Positions 1 to 11,030 of a stretch of 64,000 nt of DNA are shown piece by piece. How positions within the stretch are numbered: position 1 is the first letter of the stretch; each line of letters begins with the position of its first letter. The stretch lies in assembly GCF_009914755.1 (NCBI RefSeq), contig NC_060925.1; one strand, given 5' to 3'. The notes beneath the pieces were generated by a model, which was given only the letters and a program-made list of their open reading frames with translations, did not search any database and was not told the DNA's origin. The DNA is from the human T2T-CHM13v2.0 reference genome, Homo sapiens. Position numbers and translations under genes: made by a program.

Positions 1-3000
1 CACTCTGGCCTTCTGCCATCCTCCTTTCACATCGTTTCCTCTGCCCATGGGCACCTGTCACAGCCTCCCTCAGGGCAAGAGCTCCTAAGGGGCAGAGCTT
101 GATCCCATTGGTTTTTACCCTTCAGTGCTCAGTCACCATAAATGATCTGGAATTGGCTCAAACACCAGTTCCTACTTCCCACTGGACAGACTGGGAAAAG
201 CCAGGCAGTTCAAATAAGGCCAGGCCAAAGGGGTGGGTCAGAGCCTGTCATGGGTGTTATCACATGTTCCTTCCAAGAACACCAATGTCAGTTAATTCAA
301 GGTTCTTAAAATTCATCCAAGGGAGTAAGGAAAGAAAGAAGAAAAGGAAGGAAGCCAGCTAGAGTCGGAGAACTCACTATACTCAGGCTACTCAGGAAGC
401 AGACAGCAGGGCCTTGCTTTTCCCAGGAAGCTGAGGAGCTCTCCGCCTGGCCTGGCCTTGGCAGCAGGCAGATTCAAGGTACCAGCATTGCAGGACGAGG
501 CACAGGCACAGGCTCACTCTTGATGACATCTGTGTCCGTCCTGGCCACACCCAGGGCTCTAGGACTAGCCTTGTATTGGTGAGAACTCCTACCCAGGGTG
601 GGTGGGGGTGAGTGGGAAGGGAAGACAGGAGACAGGGAGGAGTCCTCTGAATTACTGTGGGCCTTCCTTGGCTCCAAAGTGAAAGATAATTTGGACCTTT
701 AGAGTGAGCTGCCAGAGGAATGCCGGGGTTGCCCGTGGCCTCACCTCTCCCATCTCTCAGAGTGGACCTGCCCAGGCCCTTTGGCTGCCCAAGGGACCTC
801 TTCTTTAGTGTCCTTCTCCACCCCAAGCCCAAGGCTAATGCCTTCCCAGGACCTCACCCATGCTCTGCCTCACTTCCCTGGCATCTGAGACCCAGGAAAA
901 TGTGAGAGGCTGCTTCTCCAGGTCCCCTCCTGTCTGGTGCCCTAGTCACCAGCTTGTCCTGCTCCTGTAGGGATGTTTCCAGTCATACAGCCTCTGGGCT
1001 TCTGGAGAGCTCTCTGCACCTGTCTGGAGCCTCACCTGCAGAATTCTGGCAGGAGGCAGCTCTGTGTTCTGGAGCCAAGGCCTGGCAGGGCAGGGCTGGA
1101 ACAGGAATTAGGCCTCAGTCACAGCTGCTTCCTGCCACTTACTACATGAGGAGTCTTTTAAAGCCTGTAACTTTCTAGTACCCAGGAGTCCTCATAGGAT
1201 ATGGGAAGGGGCAGGGGGGAAGATGTAGGAAAGGACAGCCAAACAACCCAGAGAACAGCCTGTGCCAGAGCTGGCCTTACCTTCTTCCATCTGAGAACTC
1301 TCCTCTTCATCATTTGTGGCCATTTGGGTCCCTGACTCACTGGACAGTGGCACTGATATCTCCAAACAGGTTACAAAAAGGCTTTGTCTCCCAGATCCCA
1401 GGAGCCGTGGCCAAGCCAGCAAGCAGGTGTAGGAGTTCCCAGCAGGCTGTGTGCTCAGGGCAGCTCAGAAGAGCACCAGCGGATGGGCAAGCACAGCACG
1501 GAAGCTGAGGCTTGGAGGAAGGGTGGAGCCAGGGACATGGGGGTGCAGCCTCCAGCTCCGGTGCAGGTCTTCTCAGAGGTGCCTCTGCAGTCTTCCCCAA
1601 CACACTCACTCACTTATCAGCTGTCCATGAGGTATTCTCTTTGCAGGCTCTACACTGGCCCCTGGGAATACAAAGAGGAATTAAGCACTATTCCCAACCA
1701 AAGTAGCTCACAGTCTAGTGGGAGAGAGAGTCCCAGAGCTAGAGTTACAGTACAGTGTGGAGGCTGCTATGATGAGGAAGGCCTAATGCAGCTCTGGGGC
1801 AGGTGGGGGACAAAAGAAGGCCTCTTGGAGGAGTCACTCCTGAGCTGGACCCTGAAGGAAGAGTTAGGAGTGAGTGGGTGAAAGGAATTACAAGCAAAGG
1901 GAACAGCATGTGTAGACCCAAGAGACCACGCTCCCTTCAGGAAACTGGAGGTGTGCTGTGTGGATCAAGCATGAGGGTGGTGTGTCAGAGTGTGCTGCCT
2001 AATGCCTCCAATGCTGTGGCCTGTGCATCCTCTTCCTGGTATTGGATGAAGGCTGGAGACACCCCATCCACTGTCCAGAGGACGGAGCCCTGGGGTCTGG
2101 AGAGGACAGGACATGTGAGAGGCAGAGCCTCCCATCCCCATCCCTCAGGCCCTGCCCTCTTGCCTCTGCCAGCCTCCCCCACTGCGCCTCAGCAGGCCAC
2201 AGAAGCCCCTGGGAACTGCCTTCCAACCCCGTTTGCTGCCTCCTCTTCCTCCTCCTCCTCCCCACTCCTAAAACCAGAAAGCCAGCCTCGCTGCTGAGCA
2301 CCTCTGACTGGTCATCAATTCAGTGGGGCCCTGGGGCCTAGGCTGGGTGGGTGTGGGGTGGTCCCAGCCCTGCAGGGGGAAGAGAGAGGACAGGGCTGGG
2401 AGTGGGTCCCTGGACAGCCTTGACACAGCACTTACCCTCCAGCTGTACTTCAGTCCCTGGGAGGAGAGGGAGGAGGGCAGGATCTAAGAGGCCAGCCAAG
2501 GCCCCACATTCAAGCAAAGGGAGACTGAGTCCCTGATCTTAGAGTGACAACATGGCTTAAGAAGGGAAAATAGCTTAGGCCTTGGAGTTACACAGATTTG
2601 GGTTTAAGTTTAGACTCTCACTTATTAGTGGGCTACCTTAGGCACATCACCTAACCTCCTTAGATTTAGTGTCATTGATACAGTGGATGAGTAGTGCTGT
2701 GCATCTTTCAGGGTTTTTTTAAAATTAGATAAGATGAAATCTAGAAGCATCTAGCATAGAGAACTTAACTATGTTCTCAGTCTATAGCAAATAGTAATGT
2801 TATGTTATTTTATTTTTTTATCACTGGTGGTGATTTTGCTGTTAGAAAAACCCAATTATCCCAGGGAGCAAAGCATTTTTCTGTCAGGCTGTAGGACTTG
2901 ACCTAGGAGGTGACCCAGAAGCAGGGCTCAGAGGCCAGGCCTAGAGGAGGGAGAGACAAGGAGCCTCCTGGTGAAAGGCAGCAGGGCTGGACCGTAGGGC

Positions 3001-3467
3001 AGATGGGGCCACCACATCCCCAAATGTAAGGCCTCTTATTGGACCAGGCCCAAATGGGGATTGAATGATGTCCACCTGCACCTTCACCTGTTCCCTGTTC
3101 AAGCCTGAGAGGGATGCAGAGCCTTAGCGTGGACTCTGTCCTGGGAGACTCAGTGCAGGCCTCCTGCTCCCGAGCCAGCATTCACCACCCAGCCCAGGCT
3201 TCTCACCAAGCCTCTGAGACCAGCTCTTCGAGGATTCTCCACCATTTCCTTTGCGGCCATCACCAGTGGCCGCAGCTCTTTCTCCCATGCCTCTTATCCC
3301 TGGGAGGGCCAGGAGATTTCACGTCACTGCCTGTTGCCATATCTTAACCATTGCTCCTCTACCCCCAGATAAAAATGCTCAAGAATGGGGACTCCCTCAG
3401 CTCCTCTTCCTCACTGTCTTCTGTAAGCTCTTGGTCACTGCCTCATAATTATTACCATGTCATTCTC

Positions 3468-5795
3468 CTCCTCCTGCTCCCCTTCCCGTCACTCTTCCTC
3501 CCGCTCCCTGTCACTCTTCCTCACCCTCCCCCTCCTGCTCCTCTTCCCACCACTCTCCCCTCCTCCTGCTCCTCTTCCTGCCACTCTTCCTCCCTCTCCT
3601 CCTGTTCCTCTTCCTGCCACTCTTTCCCCTCCTCCTGCTCCTATTCCTGCCACTCTTCCTCCTCCTCCTCCTGCTCCTCTTCCCGCCACTCTTCCTCCCC
3701 CTCCTCCTGCTCCTCTTCCCGCCACTCTTCCTCCCCTTCCTCCTCCCCCTCCTCCTGCTCCTCTTCCCGCCACTCTTCCTCCCCCACCTGCTGCTCCTCT
3801 TCCCGCCACTCTTCCTCCCCCGCCTGCTGCTCCTCTTCCCACCACTCTCCCTCCCTCTCCTCCTGCTCCTCTTCCCGCCACTCTTCCTCCCCCTCCTCCT
3901 GCTCGTCTTCCTGCCACTCTTCCTCCCTCTCCTCCTGTTCCTCTTCCTGCCACTCTTTCCCCTCCTCCTGCTCCTATTCCTGCCACTCTTCCTTCCCTTC
4001 CTCCTGCTCCTATTCCTGCCACTCTCCCTTCCCCTCCTCCTGCTCCTCTTTCTGCCACTCTTCCTCCCCTTCCTGCTCCTCTTCCCACCACTCTTCCCCC
4101 TCCTCCTGCTCCTCTTCCCACCACTCTTCCTCCTCCTCCCCCTGCTCCTCTTCCCACCACTCTTCCTCCTCCTCCCCCTGCTCCTCTTCCCACCACTCTT
4201 CCTACCCTTCATCCTCTTCCTGCCACTCTTCCTCCTCCTCCTCCTGCTCCTCTTCCCACCACTCTTCTCCTCCCCCTCCTCCTGTTTCTCTTCCTGCCAC
4301 TCTTCCTCCCCCTCCTCCTGTTCCTCTTCCCGCCACTCTTCCTCCCCCTCCTCCTCCTGTTCCTCTTCCTGCCACTCTTCCTCTCCTGCCTCCTTCTGCT
4401 CCTCTTCCTGCCACTTTTCCTCCCCCTCCTCCTGTTCCCCTTCCCACCACTCTTCCCCCTCCTCCTTCTGTTCCTCTTCCCACCACTCTTCCTCCCCCTC
4501 CCCCTTCTGCTCCTCTTCCTGCCACTTTTCCTCCCCCTCGTCCTGCTCCTCTTCCCACCACTGTTCCTCCCCCTCCTCCTGTTCCCCTTCCCACCACTCT
4601 TCCTCTCCGTCCTCCTGTTCCCCTTCCTGTCACTTTTCCTCCCCCTCCTTCTGCTCCTATTCCTGCCACTGTTTCTCCCCCTCCTCCTGCTCCTCTTCCC
4701 GCCACTGTTTCTCCCCCTCCTTCTGCCCCCCTTCCCACCACTCTTCCTCCCCCTCCTCCTGTTCCCCTTCCTGCCACTCTTCCTCCCCCTCCTCCTGCTC
4801 CTCTTCCTGCCACTCTTCCCCTGCCACTTTTCCTTCCCCTCTTCCTGTTTCTCTTCCTACCACTCTTCTTTCTCCTCCTCCTGTTCCTCTTCCTCCCCAT
4901 CCTCCTGTTTCCTTTCCCGCCACTTTTCTTCACCTCCTCCTGTTCCTCTTCCCACCACTCTTCCCCCTCCTCCTCCTGCTCCTCTCCCACCACTCTCCCC
5001 TCTCCTCCTCCTGCTCCCCTTCCCGCCACTCTTCCCCCTCCTCCTTCTGTTCCTCTTCCCGCCACTCTTCCTCCCCCTCCCCCTCCTGCTCCTCTTCCTG
5101 CCACTTTTCCTCCCCCTCCTCCTGCTCCTCTTCCTGCCACTTTTCCTCCCCCTCTTCCTGCTCCTCTTCCCACCACTGTTCCTCCCCCTCCTCCTGTTCC
5201 CCTTCCTGCCACTCTTCCTCCCCCTCCTCCTGTTCCCCTTCCTGCCACTCTTCCTCCCCCTCCTCCTGTTCCCCTTCCTGCCACTCTTCCTCCCCCTCCT
5301 CCTGCTCCTCTTCCTGCCACTCTTCCCCTGACTCCTCCTCCTCCTCTTCCTGCCACTTTTCCTCCCCCTCCTCCTGTTTCTCTTCCTACCACTCTTCTTT
5401 CTCCTCCTCCTGTTCCTCTTCCCGCCACTCTTCCTCCCCATCCTCCTGTTTCCTTTCCCGCCACTTTTCTTCCACCTCCTCCTGTTCCTCTTCCCACCAC
5501 TCTTCCCCCTCCTCCTCCTGCTCCTCTCCCACCACTCTCCCCTCTCCTCCTCCTGCTCCCCTTCCCGCCACTCTTCCCCCTCCTCCTCCTGCTCCTCTTC
5601 CTGCCACTCTTCCTCCTGTTCCTCTTCCCGCCACTCTTCCTCCTCCTCCTGTTCCTCTTCCTGCCACTCTTCCTCCTCCTCCTGCTCTTCTTCCTGCCAC
5701 TCTTCCCCCTCCTCCTCCTGCTCCTCTTCCCGCCACTCTTCCTCCTCCTGTTCCTCTCCTTGCTGCTTTTCCTTCCTTTTGTTCTCCTCTTCCTT
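3468..5795. repeat. CT-rich minisatellite/VNTR, unit ~30-36 nt (consensus ~CCTCCTCCTGCTCCTCTTCCTGCCACTCTTCCT), in an ST3GAL3 intron
   Basis: Directly visible tandem units recurring around GCCACTCTT/ACCACTCTT. The + strand is almost purely pyrimidine. Confidence 0.97.
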
Positions 5796-5859
5796 CTGTC
5801 ATCACTATCATTATCATTATAGCTGTCACTTATTAAGCTCTTCAGTTTATCAGCTTTCC

Positions 5860-6015
5860 TTGAATTCATTCAGTTCTCATAATGACCCTATAGCTAGGTA
5901 CTGTTATTATCCCCATCCTAGAGATTAAGAAACTAGGGTACAGAGAGGATATGTTACTTGTGTAAGGTCACACAACTAGTTAAGTGGTAGAGCCTAATTA
6001 AAACTCAGATCTCAC
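5860..6015 (-). mobile_element. MIR element (approximate)
   Basis: MIR core-like text: gttattatccccat...gaaactagggtacagagagg...aaggtcacacaactagttaagtggtagagc. Confidence 0.7.
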
Positions 6016-7429
6016 TGCCTCAGGGATCTTCCTAAGAAATAAATCTGACCACCTACCTTCCTGGTTAGAATCCTCCATCAGTCAGCTCCTATCTGCCATG
6101 GTCTGTGAGGATGGTAAGAACTACTGTTAACTCTTCTCCATGCCAGGCCCTGGACGATGTGGTTTATATGCATCATCTCAGCCAGCCATCTCCACAACCC
6201 TACAAGGCAGATACTATGAGTAGTAGTAAGCAGTAGAGCCGCATTTTGGACCGAAGGTGTTTCACTTTAACCATTGCACTATAACACCTCCCATTTATTC
6301 ATTGATTCAGCAAATCCAAAGCAATCACCAACATCATGTGCAGTCCCGTTCTTCAAGCACAGTCTCACTCACTCGACAGCTCCCTTTCCCAGTGCTTTCC
6401 TTCAGATCCAGCCAGTCCAGTACCAGGGACTGAATGTCACCCATGGGAGAGAAGCTACAGCCAAGGTGGTAACACATGGTGTCACCTTAGTAGCATCTCA
6501 GTGCTGCTTCCCATTCCTGTGTCCTGTCCGGGGTCCTTGATCATCTCAGATCTCTACCCTCATCATCTTCAATTCCACTGTACCTCCATCCTATTCCAAA
6601 GAAATTGCATGTCCAGCTGCACAGGGAAAATAAAGGTTGTCACCAGCCAAGAACTCTCGGCTTCCTGCTTCCCATCTACAAACTTACCTGCATCCCCATT
6701 CATCCCTGCTTCCTCCTCTACCATCCCTCCTGTGCCTCTGCCATTCATGGTCAGTTCTCTCCTGTCCTGGATGCCATCTCCCTTCACCTTCTCAGGACTG
6801 TCTTCATTCCTTTGTCTCCTTTCTCACCTCTTTGCCGGGTCCTCCTCTCACATCTATGAATGTATTTGGATCTCTTTCACCTTAAAAATAAAAGCCCTCT
6901 CTTTAGCTTATGTTCACCTCTCTTCTTTTCTCTTTCAAGTTTCTGGGAAAAGTCATCGCCTGTCCCAGTGTCTCCCTGTTTGCCGTCTGTTTCTCAGCCT
7001 CTCCATCCTGGCTTCCAAAGCCACTCTCACCTGGCAGTGACCTTCTGATTCTAAATCCAGCAGACTCAACCTCTGCCCTCCCTTTAAAGGAGCAGCTTGT
7101 CAGCAAGCATCCAGTGAGCATTTACTGTGTAGTGGGCACAGCGCTGGGTTCTAGGGATAGCCCCTGATTCTTAAAACTCATGGCCAAAAACCCGGGAAGC
7201 ATCCTGATTCCACCATTGCCTTTGCCTTCCATATTCGACTCTTCAGTCTCCAGATCTTTCATTCTCCCTTCTAAATCTGTCTGGCTTGGATTATTTCAGC
7301 AGCTTTCTGTCTGTTTCCCTGCCTCCAGTCAGGTCTCTCTCCAATCCCTTCTCTATGTCTGTATTCTAAAGAATCCTCCTAAAGTGACCAGGTGCTTCAT
7401 TCCCCTGCTTTGGATCCCCATTTCCTAGA

Positions 7430-7617
7430 TGCAGTGGTTCTCAAAGTTCCTTCTCATACCAGCAGCACCAGTATCACCTGGCAACTTATCAGATGTACAT
7501 TTTTCAGTGGGGGCCTCACCTTAGAGCTTCTGAATGAGAAACTCTGGTTGGGCCCAGCGTTCTCTTTTAATAAGCCCTCTGGATGATTTGCGCAGGCTCA
7601 AGCTCAAGAACCAATGG
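7430..7617. mobile_element. MER5A-like hAT DNA transposon
   Basis: Termini cagtggttctcaaa ... agaaccaatg; internal accagcagcaccagtatcacctgg and taataagccctc. Confidence 0.75.
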
Positions 7618-7698
7618 CCTGCAGGATAAAACTTCAATTCCACAGCACAGAACTCCATGATCTGGCCCCTTCCAAGCCTTCCCTTCTCCTTGCCACTC

Positions 7699-8000
7699 TT
7701 TTTTTTTTTTTTTTGAAATGGAGTTTGCTCTGTCACCCAGACAGGAGTGCAGTGGCACAATCTCAGCTCGCTGAAACCTCCGCCACCCCCTCCAGGTTCA
7801 AGTGATTCTCCTGCCTCCGCCTCCCAAGTAGCTGAGATTACAGGTGCCTGCCACCACGCCTGGCTAATTTTTATATTTTTAGTAGAGATGGGGTTTCGCC
7901 ATGTTGGCCAGGCTGCTCTCAAACTCCTGACCTCAGGTGATCTGCCTGCCTCAGCCTCCCAAAGTGCTGGAATTACAGGTGTGAGCCACTGCGCCCGGCC
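7699..8000 (-). mobile_element. Alu (AluS-like)
   Basis: Full-length antisense Alu with poly-T; TSD CTTGCCACTCTTT on both sides. Confidence 0.95.
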
Positions 8001-8559
8001 CTTGCCACTCTTTAGCACCCGCCATGTACTCTCCACTCTGGCTATATGGACCTATGGATCCTATTTCACGCCTCTATGTTCTACCTGTTTCCCTACCCAT
8101 GGATGTATGAGATGCTCCTCTTCTTATAAGCCTCAGGAGGGCAGCAGCTGTCTTGTTGATCTCTGTAAGCCCATCACCTCCAGCAGTGAGGCATAGTTGG
8201 TATACATAAGTAAATAAGCAGATGTGGAAACTGAGGCCCAGAGTGCAACAGTACCTTCGAGGAGAGTCAGGATTCTAACTCCAAACTCCTGCCTCTCAGT
8301 CAGGCTCTTTCCTCTCAACTAGGCTACCTCCTTTCATTGCCCTGGAAGGTCTTTCTTTTAGGTTCAGACCCTTGCATCCTTTTGCTCTCTTCTTGCCTCT
8401 CCAGGGCATCTCTTTCCTCTTAGCCATGTTTGATCTTCTTTATGCAGTTCCAAGATCATTCTCCTTGATAAAGAAATGAGAACTGAACAGTCCCTGGCGC
8501 TCTGCCTTTCAGTTGCCTGTTGGCATCACACGGACCGCCCCAAGCCGGCTCTTCTTTTT

Positions 8560-9300
8560 GTTCATCGCTTTTTTCCAAATATAGCTTTCAAAAAGTTTTC
8601 TGACCCTCTCCTCATAGCACACATCAAAATAAATCCCAAACGGACTAAAAAGCGAAATATAAAAATACAACCAAAGGGAATTTTAAAGTAAGGATAGAAA
8701 TCAAATCCCTGGAGGGAAAGAACTTTCAAGACACAAGTGCTAGAAGAAATCAAATTTGATAACATATTAGAATTTCAAGTTAACACAAAAAGACTGCCGC
8801 ACAACCTTGAAAAACATATTTAGAACATATGGCAGGCAAAGGGTTATTATGAGAGTTAACAAGAAAGCCATTAGAATCCCAGCAGATAATGGACAGGAAA
8901 CTGAACAGATCACACAGAAAGAAAGATAACTAGTAAACAACAGAAATAGGTTTAACCTTCCTAGCAGTCAGAGAAATTAATGTGAAGGAAACAGGGTGCC
9001 ATTTATCACCTACCATGTTTTCAAATAATGTGTTAAATTATCCTACATGATGCTGCCAAGAGTGCAGTGACAGTTGTATCAAAGGCTACTGGTCGGAGTA
9101 AACAAATAGGGACCAGTTTTTTGGAAAGGAAATGGAACTTGGTACCGAGAGCCATCACCCAGAGGAAGGAAAAGTCTGTGCACAAAGATTTTTATTGTAG
9201 TGTTACTTTATATTTTGTAGTGTTGTTTGTAATAGCCAAACCCAAATATTACCTAAGGGGTTTTTTTATGTGAGTTATGGTCTCACTACATGATGGAGTA
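8560..9300 (+). mobile_element. Old degraded L1 fragment (approximate)
   Basis: A-rich + strand with remnants resembling the 3' end of L1 ORF2; no intact ORF. Confidence 0.5.
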
Positions 9301-10211
9301 TAAAGCAGTAGCACAGCAGTCCTGCCGAGGGTGTGGGCACCTGGACCAGCCAGCACAGCTGCTATCCCCAAACCTTCAGTGCAGGCAGGATTGGCAGGTA
9401 AAGCACTGGCCTCAGTGTTAGGAACTGAAGACAAATCTCATCTTCTGCCACAATTCACATCTTTGAGTTTCATTTTCCTCATCTATAAAATGGAAATCAT
9501 GAAAGCTTCCCTGCATAGCTACCTGTTATTCTGCTATAAGAACTAGTAGGACAATGCACAGGACAACAGTGACACACTGTGCTCATCTGCAATGACAGTC
9601 ACCTTCTGAGAAGTGAGAATGGGCACAAGAAATATTGCCTGCCCACTGGGCAGAAACCCAGACCACAGGATAAGGAGTGAGAGTGTTGGCGAGAGCAACA
9701 GGGCCTGGGCCTAAGGGTACAGATGCCACCTGATCAGGAGGGTCCTGCCACCTTGTTTCTTGGCCTTCAGGATACAGATGAACCTGCATGTTTTGGGCAT
9801 AGAGAACAACATTGGCAAAGAGCATGGTGTATTTAGTGAATTAAAAATAATTCAGTATAACCGGGGTGTGGCATGGGCATGGTACTGCCCTTTGACCTGA
9901 GAGAGGCATCTGCCCTGGGCCCCACTGTGGTCCTCCTCTGGCCACAACCTTTGCCGTGGAGTGAAGAGGAATATGCAGAGCCAAGAGGGATGTGCCCACC
10001 CCAGGTCCATCTGCCTTGAGAGACCACTATCAGGTAATGGAGACCTCAGAATTTCTTGCCCTAAAAGTGAGAAGTCCAAGTCCACTTCCATCTTCTTGAG
10101 GGCAGAATGTAACTCTCTGTGCGTACCCTAAGCCCAAGGAGGGTATTTGCAGAGGCTGTGAGCAGAGCTTGGATGTGTGGAGTGAGGAGGAGTCTACACA
10201 CATGCACAGAC

Positions 10212-10425
10212 TTCTTTTTTTTTTTTTGAGACAGGGTCTTACTCCGTTGCCCAGGCTGGAGTGTAGTGGCACGATCTCAGCTCATTGCAGCCTTGACCTC
10301 CCTGGGCTCTGGTAATCCTCCCACCTCAGTCTCCCTAGTAACTGGGGCTATAGGTGCACACCCACCACACCTGACTAATATTTCTTTTTCTTTTTTTTTT
10401 TTTTTTGTAGAGATGGGGTTTTGCA
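10212..10425 (-). mobile_element. Partial Alu (AluJ-like)
   Basis: ttttgagacagggtcttactc...gcagccttgacctccctgggctc. Confidence 0.85.
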
Positions 10426-10555
10426 CAAGGCTTCTTATGGTATGGGATGGGACCGGGGTGGGAGGTGGGCCAGACCACCATGGTCCAGCACAACAGATCT
10501 CCAGGGTCAGGATTCCAAATTCAAACCTGTCCTTCTAGGACATTTTTCAAGGAAG

Positions 10556-10757
10556 GATATATATAGATATAGATACATCTATAGATATAGATATCTATAG
10601 ACATATCTGTAGCTATAGATATCTATAGACATATCTGTAGCTATAGATATCTATAGATATATCTGTAGCTATAGATATCTATAGATATATCTGTAGCTAT
10701 AGATATCTATAGATATATCTGTAGCTATAGATATCTATAGATATAGATATAGATATG
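10556..10757. repeat. TA-rich tandem repeat, 28-nt unit CTATAGATATCTATAGA(C/T)ATATCTGTAG, ~5 copies plus flanks
   Basis: GTAG recurs at 10609, 10637, 10665, 10693 and 10721 (period 28). Confidence 0.95.
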
Positions 10758-10759
10758 GA

Positions 10760-11030
<271 letters not shown>

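Noticed and set aside
1-3340. Possible further canonical ST3GAL3 exons at the window start
   Set aside because: No translation matches sialyltransferase sequence; the preceding exon must lie upstream of the window.
3489-5869. Long minus-strand Gly/Arg- and Arg/Lys-rich ORFs (235-555 aa) and the second + frame ORF (624 aa)
   Set aside because: Translations of the minisatellite. They are open because of base composition, with no promoter or splice context seen.
7521-8196. ORFs with [15 protein letters not shown] / [18 protein letters not shown] text (also at 21.5, 24, 25.5, 28, 39.6, 43 and 51.2 kb)
   Set aside because: Alu-derived translations, not genes.
10585-10740. Regular palindromic 28-nt repeats superficially like a CRISPR array
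   Set aside because: No unique spacers, no cas genes, and eukaryotic intron context.
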